Shown here: positions 24,854-33,357 of the stretch, one piece after another
How positions within the stretch are numbered: position 1 is the stretch's first letter
How the letters are laid out: each line of letters starts with the position of its first letter
IMG/VR virus record: IMGVR_UViG_3300037487_000968
Span: 1 to 64,000 of that record
From: a virus
Taxonomy: Duplodnaviria > Heunggongvirae > Uroviricota > Caudoviricetes
Reading direction: 5' to 3' (one strand)
DNA length: 64,000 bases
Notes under the pieces: model-generated
Told to the model about the DNA's origin: nothing
Database searches by the model: none
Seen by the model: only the letters and a program-made list of their open reading frames with translations
Position numbers and translations under genes: made by a program

Positions 24854-25414
24854 TCATACGACAAAGTTCCCATAGAAACATTTTCCATAGCATCCGTTTT
24901 GTCCTGTTAATTCTGTTACCTTACCAGGCTGTCCTATCCACTTTTCTAAATTCTGCTGTGTCAGCATATGTGGGTGGCCTTCGTGTGCAGGTATATCAAT
25001 CCACTCAAACATTCGTAGCACCTTAGCAGCACGTTTGGCATTCTGAATAATCTTCTTTGGATTTTCCGAATGTTGCATAACATTGTAGATCCATACTTCA
25101 TCCCATCCGGTTTCTTTAACATCCTCGCCACCCACTACCTGAACTGAGATATTTTTGCTCTTATATCTATCTTTAGTCCATTGGGGATAATTTATAGGAT
25201 CACAAACTTTACCTTCGACAAGATTATATGTCTTTAATAACATAGAAGTAGGCCCACCGCCAATATCGAGTATTCTTTTATTCCCTGCATCATACGAAAA
25301 ATAATTACCTATTAACCCCATTAAATTACCATAGATAAAATGCTTTTGGTCTTCGCCAAACGTATTACAGCAATCACCCCAAAACCCCTGCTCAAATTCT
25401 AAATCATTATGCAT
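24854..25414 (-). CDS. Class I SAM-dependent methyltransferase
   Basis: Motif I ILDIGGGP; DEVWIYNVMQH; overlaps the GT4 stop. Confidence 0.8.
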   Translation of the reverse strand: MHNDLEFEQGFWGDCCNTFGEDQKHFIYGNLMGLIGNYFSYDAGNKRILDIGGGPTSMLLKTYNLVEGKVCDPINYPQWTKDRYKSKNISVQVVGGEDVKETGWDEVWIYNVMQHSENPKKIIQNAKRAAKVLRMFEWIDIPAHEGHPHMLTQQNLEKWIGQPGKVTELTGQNGCYGKCFYGNFVV

Positions 25415-26543
25415 GGGGATATTCCTTTTTTAACCAGTCTAAATCTTTTCTATTAGGATTAGGTTCATACCAGCCTTTCTTACCATGCACATTTAATACC
25501 GATTGAAAATATTCTTCGTACATAGGTGCTATTCTTTCCATAGAATAATTCTTTTCTGCATAATTTCTACAATCTGCTGGTTTAATATTACCAATATTTT
25601 TAGCTGCCCATACAAACTGTTCAAATGTTCTACCGCGATATCCTGTATAACTATGTATATTATTTTCAGCCAACGCACCCCAATCGGACGATATAACAGG
25701 TGTCCCTGACAACATAGATTCTATCTGCACTCCTGCGAACGGCTCGTTGTACATCGAGATAACAAATGTAGCACGAGCTTTACTCATTAGTTTTCGCCTT
25801 AATTCTGTATCAGCATGGCCAACTTCAGTGACATGACTAGGAATAGTCTTATATCCCATATCTAATAAACTACCTTGGCCTGCAATAATTAATTTTGCTC
25901 CAATTTCTCTAGTAATTTGTTCAGCAATATGAACACCTTTACCGTCATATACACGCCCTATATACAAGAAGTAATCATCTTTCTTCTTTGAATATGTAAA
26001 GTCATTCAAGTCAAAGTAGTTAGGTATCACAACTTCGTACCAGTCTTCGTTACATTTCAACACGCTATTTAATCCATAATAGGCAGAATGCATGGCATAT
26101 GACTCAAAAATCTTATACCGTGCCCAGTGCCCAGCAGGGTATCCAATACCAGGTTCAACTGTAATAAGATCGGGGTGAGCATCACACACAGGTCTAACAC
26201 CATGCCCCCAAAACGGTAATATGAAATCGTTTGGTTGTTTGCGTTTTCCAATTTCTTTAATAGCATTCTTAAAGAAAGTTTGATATGCCAGATCATTTAG
26301 ATCGTATTTAAAGAATGTCTTACGCCAGTCGTAATCACCATATGTTTGTTTCCAAACATCAGAAGTTAAAACTGTAACATGTTCATCGCAAACGACATCA
26401 GATTCTTCGTGGCCGTAGTGTATGATAGTATGTCCACGTCCTGCCATCATCTGACAAAACTTAACTACTTTTTGTGTGAAGGCACAGGCAGTAAATTCTT
26501 TACTACTAACCGTATGCGGAACGCCTAATACATGAAATCTCAT
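25407..26543 (-). CDS. Glycosyltransferase family 4 (GT-B fold)
   Basis: FLYIGRVYDGKG, EPFAGVQIESMLSGTPVISSDWGALAE. Confidence 0.9.
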   Translation of the reverse strand: MRFHVLGVPHTVSSKEFTACAFTQKVVKFCQMMAGRGHTIIHYGHEESDVVCDEHVTVLTSDVWKQTYGDYDWRKTFFKYDLNDLAYQTFFKNAIKEIGKRKQPNDFILPFWGHGVRPVCDAHPDLITVEPGIGYPAGHWARYKIFESYAMHSAYYGLNSVLKCNEDWYEVVIPNYFDLNDFTYSKKKDDYFLYIGRVYDGKGVHIAEQITREIGAKLIIAGQGSLLDMGYKTIPSHVTEVGHADTELRRKLMSKARATFVISMYNEPFAGVQIESMLSGTPVISSDWGALAENNIHSYTGYRGRTFEQFVWAAKNIGNIKPADCRNYAEKNYSMERIAPMYEEYFQSVLNVHGKKGWYEPNPNRKDLDWLKKEYPHA

Positions 26544-26564
26544 CTTTATTCCCCTTGCTTCCTA

Positions 26565-26586
26565 TATTTATAACGGGAGATAAATA
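26565..26586. promoter_or_regulatory. Divergent late boxes: TATAAATA (-) for the GT4 operon and GATAAATA (+) for the resolvase
   Basis: TATTTATA at 26565-26572 and GATAAATA at 26579-26586. Confidence 0.7.
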
Positions 26587-26618
26587 GCAGGTAAATAGTG
26601 ATAACAAGGGATTTAATA

Positions 26619-27167
26619 ATGCCGTCGAAAAGTAAAGCAAAAGGTAATGCGTGGGAATTAGATGTAGCTAAATTTCTATCAGCTACATATAACGAGTCAT
26701 TTATTCGTATACCTTCATCTGGCGCATTTGTAGGTGGCAAGAATAATTTTCGTAAGACACAAATCGATTCTGCACAGCTACAAGGTAAGAAGGGAGATAT
26801 TCATCCTCCAGAAGCGTGGAAGCATTGGAATTTAGAATGCAAAAGTTATGCAGATTTCCCCTTTCACCAATTATGGACTACAGATGTAAAGATACTTGAC
26901 GCATGGATTGCCCAGCAACACGATGTTGAGGATGTTGGAGACTTAAATCTAATACTAATTAAGATAAGTCGAAAAGACAAATGGGTAGTCTATCAAGAGA
27001 ATTTAGGATTTCTCTCAGATAGATCTATACATTATAAAGGTTGGTATTTTACAAGCTGGAACGATTTCTGGCTTAAACAGACAAACATTGATCTTGTGAA
27101 ACAACTATCGATTTCTGACTTAGTCGCTCAAGTTTCTTCGAAAATTTCCAGGCCTTCAGTTCTTTAA
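26619..27167 (+). CDS. Holliday junction resolvase (PD-(D/E)XK)
   Basis: MPSKSKAKGNAWELDVAKFL, RIPSSGAFVGG, GDI…NLECK. ATG 26619 follows AAGGGA. Confidence 0.8.
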   Translation: MPSKSKAKGNAWELDVAKFLSATYNESFIRIPSSGAFVGGKNNFRKTQIDSAQLQGKKGDIHPPEAWKHWNLECKSYADFPFHQLWTTDVKILDAWIAQQHDVEDVGDLNLILIKISRKDKWVVYQENLGFLSDRSIHYKGWYFTSWNDFWLKQTNIDLVKQLSISDLVAQVSSKISRPSVL

Positions 27168-27783
27168 GTTCGAGTTTCTTTGCAAGTTTTAGGGCCTTTA
27201 ATTCTTTAGCTTCTAAATTGGCACGTTCTTTGCGAATATATTCAAATTCAAATTCTGCGGCCGTATCACCTAATATACCGTTAAAATCCGGAACTTCAAA
27301 TATCCACCAATCTACATTTCTAATTTTTTTGGCGCCACGTTTAGGTGATCCGTCTAAATTAAAAGGTATTTCTATATTGCTTGATTTAGGAATATCTTTA
27401 TATGCTGCATGTGGTATCAAGAAATAATAAAATTTATTCTGTATTCTTTCATATGCTACTACCCGTAATAATCCGATCTTACTATGAATGCGATGTATCG
27501 GGGCACCATATGATTTACCTAAACCCGATATACGAACTGATGTTGATTTTGCATCTGACCCATCTGGAAAATCCATTTTCTCCGTATTAATACGTTTTAT
27601 ACCCTTCCTTATAGAAATTGCTTGTTCTAATAGTGTACCGGGTGATATAAGTTCGTTTTCTATAACAAGTCTCTCTCGTATGAATGTATAAATTTCTGAT
27701 TCTTCTGTTAAGTTAGGAAAAATCATCGGAAATAATAAATCAAAAAATGCATGAGTTAATGCAGGGTCTTTATCTTTAGCCAT
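27073..27783 (-). CDS. Hypothetical protein, possible PD-(D/E)XK nuclease
   Basis: LLEQAIS…DFPDGSDAK motif. ATG 27783 follows AAGGA. Possible sigma70 promoter TTGCTT-18-TACACT at 27812-27841. Confidence 0.55.
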   Translation of the reverse strand: MAKDKDPALTHAFFDLLFPMIFPNLTEESEIYTFIRERLVIENELISPGTLLEQAISIRKGIKRINTEKMDFPDGSDAKSTSVRISGLGKSYGAPIHRIHSKIGLLRVVAYERIQNKFYYFLIPHAAYKDIPKSSNIEIPFNLDGSPKRGAKKIRNVDWWIFEVPDFNGILGDTAAEFEFEYIRKERANLEAKELKALKLAKKLELKELKAWKFSKKLERLSQKSIVVSQDQCLSV

Positions 27784-27849
27784 CTTATCCTTTGTAATTG
27801 TCAAGAAGTTCAGTGTATGCTCGATATTCTTAGAAAAGCAACGATCTTC

Positions 27850-29625
27850 TTATATAATTTGCGTATCACTGCTCTCTATGCTAGTGAAACCACCTTCTTT
27901 CACTACTTTTAACACGCTCGATACACGGCCAACTAATTCATCCCTGTGAGAGATTAGATAAATGTTTCTTTTACTTTCTCTTCCCATTTTCTTAAGAATT
28001 GCTAGTGAAGCTTCAACACCACTTGTATCTAAACCGCCATCTATAAGTTCATCGATGAAAAGTAAATTTACTTTTGAATTCATATTCTCAAATACATCTC
28101 TAAACGACCAGCTTAACGAAAGTATTAATCTAGTTCTTTCACCGCGACTTAGATTATCGAAGTCAAATTCTTTACCATACATTGTTATCTCAACTTCAAG
28201 ATCTGATTTGAATTTAACAGAATGTGGAAGACCGATATCCGCCAGATAATGTGCTAAACGATGATTTAAGAATGCTAAATTCTGATCGATAATTTTCTTA
28301 CGAATAAAAGAATCTTTATTGGTTAGTAGTTTCATTAAAAATTCTTGATGATCCCGTAATTTCACAAGATTATTTAATTTTGTGAAATCTATTTCTTGTA
28401 ATCCATCTCGCTTTAATGATTCGATTTGATCTACATAAGGGTTAATTGCTTCTAATTCCGATGATAGATTATTACCTAATGTATCAAGGGTTGTCTTATG
28501 TCTGTATGCTTCATCAACCGTATCATAAAATGTCTCAGGCAGCTTAGGTATAAGAGAGGACACACTGCTCGCGAGTGCGCTTACTTCGTCGCGTTTTGCT
28601 GCTTTTTCGCGTAATTTAGCGTGAGCATCTTTGTGTTGTGCCTCGTACTCCGCATGAACCTTAGTATGCGTCTCTTTGTCCATTTCCCCGTTACACGTTG
28701 GACAGATTTTTTCAACTGAACTTGCTAAAACTTTATCTAATCTTGTAATTGTTCTAGTTGAATCATTAACATCTTTTTCTAAACCGCCCAACTCCTTTGT
28801 GAGAGATCTATACTCAGCAGTTAAATCTTCTACTTCTTTCTTAGATTTATGAAGGGCAATTTCGCTATCAATATCAACCTTAAGATATTCCATTATAGTT
28901 GATTGAATTTTATCTATCTTTTGTGTTTTTGCGCCATCCCACGCCGAAGATTTGGCTTCCAGCGTTGTAATATTTGTTTCAATTCTCTTATTCGCTTCGG
29001 TAGCTGCCGTGATCCGAAATTCCTCTTCTTTAATTTCATCTTTTGTTATCCGTGCCTCTTCTTTAAGCTTATCTGCTTTTTCAGAGAGTTTGGTAATACC
29101 GAGTAGCTGTTCGATGATAATTCTTTGTTCATTTGTTTTTAATGCTAAGAAAGGCTCGACATATGTATTCAACGCAAGTATATGTTTGAACATATCGTGA
29201 GATATGCCTATAATACGTTCAATCTCTACTTGTGTATGACGGCCTTCACCTTGTGATTCGTCTTCACCGGATGTATCTTCTTCGACATCATCCTTAATAA
29301 ACTTAAAGATACCTGGCCTACGCCCGCGCTCAATCTTATAATTTACTCCATTCATTTCGAATGTGAGAGTAACCAACATATTTTTCATATTGGTTTTATT
29401 GATTAAATTATCTTTCTTGATATTAGTTAAGGCAGAACCGTATAAGGCATAACTCAACGCATTAACAATGGTAGATTTACCTACACCGTTTCTATTGTCA
29501 TTACCACCCAAATCTAAATTCTCACCAAGAACAAGCACTAATTCATCAGTGCTAAAATTAAGAGATTGGGTAACATTACCTATACTCATGAAGTTCTTTA
29601 TTGTTAAACCTTGTAGTTTTAGCAT
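27850..29625 (-). CDS. gp46: Recombination endonuclease ATPase subunit (T4 gp46/Rad50/SbcC-like)
   Basis: KNFMSIG, Walker A NGVGKST, CPTC zinc hook, LSRGE signature, LLFIDE, ISH. Confidence 0.95.
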   Translation of the reverse strand: MLKLQGLTIKNFMSIGNVTQSLNFSTDELVLVLGENLDLGGNDNRNGVGKSTIVNALSYALYGSALTNIKKDNLINKTNMKNMLVTLTFEMNGVNYKIERGRRPGIFKFIKDDVEEDTSGEDESQGEGRHTQVEIERIIGISHDMFKHILALNTYVEPFLALKTNEQRIIIEQLLGITKLSEKADKLKEEARITKDEIKEEEFRITAATEANKRIETNITTLEAKSSAWDGAKTQKIDKIQSTIMEYLKVDIDSEIALHKSKKEVEDLTAEYRSLTKELGGLEKDVNDSTRTITRLDKVLASSVEKICPTCNGEMDKETHTKVHAEYEAQHKDAHAKLREKAAKRDEVSALASSVSSLIPKLPETFYDTVDEAYRHKTTLDTLGNNLSSELEAINPYVDQIESLKRDGLQEIDFTKLNNLVKLRDHQEFLMKLLTNKDSFIRKKIIDQNLAFLNHRLAHYLADIGLPHSVKFKSDLEVEITMYGKEFDFDNLSRGERTRLILSLSWSFRDVFENMNSKVNLLFIDELIDGGLDTSGVEASLAILKKMGRESKRNIYLISHRDELVGRVSSVLKVVKEGGFTSIESSDTQII

Positions 29626-29628
29626 GTA

Positions 29629-30639
29629 TTACAATCCGTTATAAATTTCTATTAGTTTGTTTGGATCAAAAGATCCACTATCAATTGCTGTTAATTGTTC
29701 TATTACAATTTGATCTACAGTTTTGAATGTAATATCACCTGCGAATTCTTTTGTTAAATCATCATCTGGATTTCGAATAAGTTTAAATTCTCTTACGCTA
29801 TACTGAGACATAAATGTTTCACGTAGAAACGCAGCTTCCTCGTAAGTTATGTCAATGTCTAGTGTGACTTGAAGATATGTTTTTGGCTTTAGGTAAATTT
29901 CGGGATTAGCCAATAATGCTGCTAAATTAATAGTTATGAAACGAGGGCCAGCTTCGTAATCCATAAATTCGGGCTCTTTATCCCATTCTAAATACATTGC
30001 CCCGCGTTCGAAGTCCCATACATCAGAATAGTTGTGTCCAAAAGGATTACCAATATAATTAATTTTACCTTTGGTTTGCCGTAAATGAAAGTGACCCGAA
30101 AATACATAGTCTTGATTTTCAAAATGCTCTGCGTTTAAAGTGCCGTGATCAGGCATTTCTACATTGGCATTCATTTTGAATCCAGGTAGTTCCAGGTGGC
30201 CAAATAGATACTTTGAGTTAATAACTGTAATATCTTTCCATTCTTCTTCTACAAGCCAGGGAATAAGTGCCACATCATCTTTAACCAATGGCTCATCGAT
30301 AAGCACAATGTTAGGAAACTCGCTACCTACCACCATAGAGTGTATTTCTCTCTTTTCCCGATAGAAAAGATCGTGATTACCGACTATTATATATACTTTC
30401 TTAAATGTATCATTTAGCATTCTTAATATCTTCATAGAATAATTTAATGATAGAATATTAATATTACTTCTGTGATGATGAAAGTCACCCATGAAGATAC
30501 ACGTTTCTGCACCCCTTATATTTGCTTCTTCTATAAACCATTCTATAAAATCAACACAATCTCTATTATGTTGTTCAGAGTTGTGCCTCAGACCAACATG
30601 CAGATCTGTGAATACCATAACTTTTTTAAATAAATTCAT
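29629..30639 (-). CDS. gp47: Recombination endonuclease nuclease subunit (T4 gp47/Mre11/SbcD-like)
   Basis: Metallophosphoesterase motifs DLHVG, GDFHH, GNHD, GHLE, SGHFH. Confidence 0.95.
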   Translation of the reverse strand: MNLFKKVMVFTDLHVGLRHNSEQHNRDCVDFIEWFIEEANIRGAETCIFMGDFHHHRSNINILSLNYSMKILRMLNDTFKKVYIIVGNHDLFYREKREIHSMVVGSEFPNIVLIDEPLVKDDVALIPWLVEEEWKDITVINSKYLFGHLELPGFKMNANVEMPDHGTLNAEHFENQDYVFSGHFHLRQTKGKINYIGNPFGHNYSDVWDFERGAMYLEWDKEPEFMDYEAGPRFITINLAALLANPEIYLKPKTYLQVTLDIDITYEEAAFLRETFMSQYSVREFKLIRNPDDDLTKEFAGDITFKTVDQIVIEQLTAIDSGSFDPNKLIEIYNGL

Positions 30640-30647
30640 TTATTTCC

Positions 30648-31307
30648 TTATGATCTGCAATCTATTACAGGATCTCTTAATTTGATACATTTAAATCCTT
30701 TAAATGAATCCTTTGTTTTACAGACTTTTAGTCCATACTGAACATCTATTCCTAATGCTCTTGATGCTAACCCACAAGAATTAAATATACTCTCGTTTCC
30801 AAATAGATCAATTATTTTTATCTTATACCCATACTTAGAATGTTGTTCTTTTTCTTTATCTGTGAATCCAGTGGTAGCAATCCGATGCAATCTTTTTTCT
30901 ATCTTAATCTTATAAGATTTAATTTCTTCTTTACTTAACCCATAATTTAGATGTTTTTCTCTAAGGGTAGCAGCCCTTTTATCTATATGTTGATTTGTAA
31001 TAAATGACCATCCTCCACATGCCTCATTCTTCTGATTATAGTAATTCGAATTAGATTTTATATCTGTTATAGAATCTAACCACTTCTGCTCATACTTTAG
31101 TGTCTCTTTATTATCGTCAACATTTATATATTCTAAGATATATCTAGTAAAATCAAAAGGTCTTTTTTTAATTGCTCGCAAGAACCTAGTATTTGATCCT
31201 TTATATCGATCATTTAAAGATCCATGATGAGAGCCTATGTAATTCATACCATTACTTAGATCTAACCATTTATACACGAACCCGTAATAATCTATTTTAT
31301 ATATCAT
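30648..31307 (-). CDS. Free-standing GIY-YIG (Seg-like) homing endonuclease
   Basis: GFVYKW…NYIGSHHG…YKGS, EQKWL, YYN; inserted between the gp55 and gp47 genes. Confidence 0.8.
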   Translation of the reverse strand: MIYKIDYYGFVYKWLDLSNGMNYIGSHHGSLNDRYKGSNTRFLRAIKKRPFDFTRYILEYINVDDNKETLKYEQKWLDSITDIKSNSNYYNQKNEACGGWSFITNQHIDKRAATLREKHLNYGLSKEEIKSYKIKIEKRLHRIATTGFTDKEKEQHSKYGYKIKIIDLFGNESIFNSCGLASRALGIDVQYGLKVCKTKDSFKGFKCIKLRDPVIDCRS

Positions 31308-31364
31308 AAGAAATCTCTTAGTATATTTATTCCTAGGGGATTGGCACGCACGATTATTTAGGAA

Positions 31365-32276
31365 TTACTCATTATCGTCTTTAGCAGATTCCTGAGCATC
31401 TTCTCTCAGTTGTCTGATTTCTGATTCGATTGCTAACTGTCTAGAGAAGCTTGGACTAGCACCGCTATCAATTAATAGATCATCACGTAGATCTTGATTT
31501 TTCTTTTCTAAGTTAAGAACTCTTGTAAAGCTATTCTGTAAAGATTGTGTATAATATGAGAATGGATTATCACTTTTGGATTCGTCAAACTGTAAACCCA
31601 TTTGCGCTAATTGAAGTAGAGCCTGCCCCTTCATTTCGTCGATATATGTATAGCCGCGCCAATTACCACGCTGACCATATTTGTTTACCATAAGAATAAA
31701 CATCTTAGCAAGTTTATTTGTTATAGAGCCTTTTTCTAAATTAAATTTACCACCTTTAGAATGTGATCTGCCAACTTCTTTTGTGGCACCGTTTTCAATA
31801 ATATAATGTTTAAACGGAAAGAAATTTAACTTCAAATGATTATCTGCGACATTCTTAGGATTCTTCTTTCTACCCGGTGCCAGAGGGATATGTTCAAAAG
31901 TTAAAACTCTATATACCAGATCGTCAACCGGTATAGTATCTGGTTTAATCTTGTATTCTGAAAGTTTAGGTCTTTCTGTCCTTGAAGTATTATTTGCTAA
32001 AGCTGTTGCAAATGCTGCCGCACTAAATCTAGCTGCCCTTGCTGCTTTTGCTTTATTTTGCGTTTCGACAAGAAATACTTCTTGAAGATTATCTACAATA
32101 ACATCATAATCACTATATTTCTGATCGGTATATTCACAAAAAGTATTCTTACTTTGGTGAATTTCCTTCAACATATCCTTATTATTTAAATAATTAATTT
32201 TCTTAACTGGAAAAACCGATGGGGCTTGCACCTCTGGTGTTTCATCTTCGTCTTCAAAATCTATAGAACCAATCAT
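31365..32276 (-). CDS. gp55: Late-transcription sigma factor (T4 gp55-like) with N-terminal insertion
   Basis: NYLNNKDMLKEI, NWRGYTYIDEM, FDESKSDNPFSYYTQ motifs; upstream of gp47/gp46 as in T4. ATG 32276 follows AGGAGA. Confidence 0.8.
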   Translation of the reverse strand: MIGSIDFEDEDETPEVQAPSVFPVKKINYLNNKDMLKEIHQSKNTFCEYTDQKYSDYDVIVDNLQEVFLVETQNKAKAARAARFSAAAFATALANNTSRTERPKLSEYKIKPDTIPVDDLVYRVLTFEHIPLAPGRKKNPKNVADNHLKLNFFPFKHYIIENGATKEVGRSHSKGGKFNLEKGSITNKLAKMFILMVNKYGQRGNWRGYTYIDEMKGQALLQLAQMGLQFDESKSDNPFSYYTQSLQNSFTRVLNLEKKNQDLRDDLLIDSGASPSFSRQLAIESEIRQLREDAQESAKDDNE

Positions 32277-32302
32277 ACTTTCTCCTAAATAGGGTTTTAT
32301 AT

Positions 32303-32331
32303 AGTATAGCAAAAGAACTTCGTTAGGTCAA
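32303..32331 (-). promoter_or_regulatory. Host sigma70-type promoter driving the gp55-gp47-gp46 block
   Basis: Minus strand TTGACC-17 nt-TATACT with a TGn extended -10. Confidence 0.75.
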
Positions 32332-32365
32332 GGGTTCCGTAATTAACATGCCAGTTTATGACCTG

Positions 32366-32373
32366 GATAAATA
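32366..32373 (+). promoter_or_regulatory. Late promoter box GATAAATA for the baseplate operon
   Basis: GATAAATA followed by AGGAGA and the ATG at 32395. Confidence 0.7.
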
Positions 32374-32394
32374 AGCAGATAGGAGAATAAATAA

Positions 32395-33069
32395 ATGGCA
32401 CAACAAGATATGCGAGCAAGGCTTCAGCCTAAATCCTTATATAATGAGGAAGTCCTCGGCCCACGAAATAGTTCAAATATTTTATTTCCTTTATGGTCAA
32501 CACGCGGTGTGGTGTTTCCTTATACTCCTTCTGTTGCTACAGGGAACGTTACTGAGTACGATCCTACTAGCTTCATACATTCTAACTTTGGTTACAATGC
32601 TTATGTTAGATCGTATCCAAAGCCTATCAGTATATCGGCTGAATTTACAGCACAATCAAACGATGAAGCATTGTATTTATTGGCGGTGATAAGCTTCTTC
32701 CGGTCCGTTACGAAATCTTATTTTGGTATCAATCCGTATAATAAAGCTGGCACGCCACCTCCCACACTTATATTCAACTATTTAGGAGACTATCAATTTA
32801 ACAATGTTCCTGTAGTTGTTAAGGAATTCTCTTACACATACGAAGCAAATATAGATTATGTACCAGTTAGCACAGTAAATAATCAGGCGTTTTCTGATAA
32901 CATAGGTGTAAATCTGCCAGCCGGCAATAATGGTGGATATACATGGGTTCCGACACATCTTACTGTGCAACTTGATCTAGATACACAATATATCCCTATC
33001 AAACTTAGAAATGAATTTAATCTTGACGAATTCCGCCAAGGGAAGATGATTAATAAAGGATATATCTAA
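32395..33069 (+). CDS. Baseplate/tail tube initiator-like protein (gp48/gp54-like)
   Basis: VFPYTP, GTPPPTLIFNYLGDYQFNNVPVVV, VDYVP-like motifs; first gene of the baseplate operon. Confidence 0.6.
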   Translation: MAQQDMRARLQPKSLYNEEVLGPRNSSNILFPLWSTRGVVFPYTPSVATGNVTEYDPTSFIHSNFGYNAYVRSYPKPISISAEFTAQSNDEALYLLAVISFFRSVTKSYFGINPYNKAGTPPPTLIFNYLGDYQFNNVPVVVKEFSYTYEANIDYVPVSTVNNQAFSDNIGVNLPAGNNGGYTWVPTHLTVQLDLDTQYIPIKLRNEFNLDEFRQGKMINKGYI

Positions 33070-33356
33070 TGGCTCAGAACTCTAAAGATACAAGTCAGTA
33101 TTCGTTGACTCCAACTAAGAATTGGTATTTAGATTTATGGATCCCAAGGACGGTATCTAAGAACGATTATGATAAAATTATTATTATTCCACCGGAATTT
33201 AACCAAAGGCCCGATTTATTAAGCCAACAAGAATACGGGACACCAAAATTATGGTGGGTATTCTGTCTTAGAAATCCCGATTTAATGTCAGATCCTATTA
33301 ACGATTTTGTTGCAGGATTAGAAATTTTTATTCCTAATAACATACTAAAGCAATAA
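33069..33356 (+). CDS. Baseplate wedge protein (gp53/LysM-like)
   Basis: RPDLLSQQEYGTPKLWWVFCLRN…DFVAGLEIFIP. Confidence 0.8.
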   Translation: MAQNSKDTSQYSLTPTKNWYLDLWIPRTVSKNDYDKIIIIPPEFNQRPDLLSQQEYGTPKLWWVFCLRNPDLMSDPINDFVAGLEIFIPNNILKQ

Positions 33357-33357
33357 T

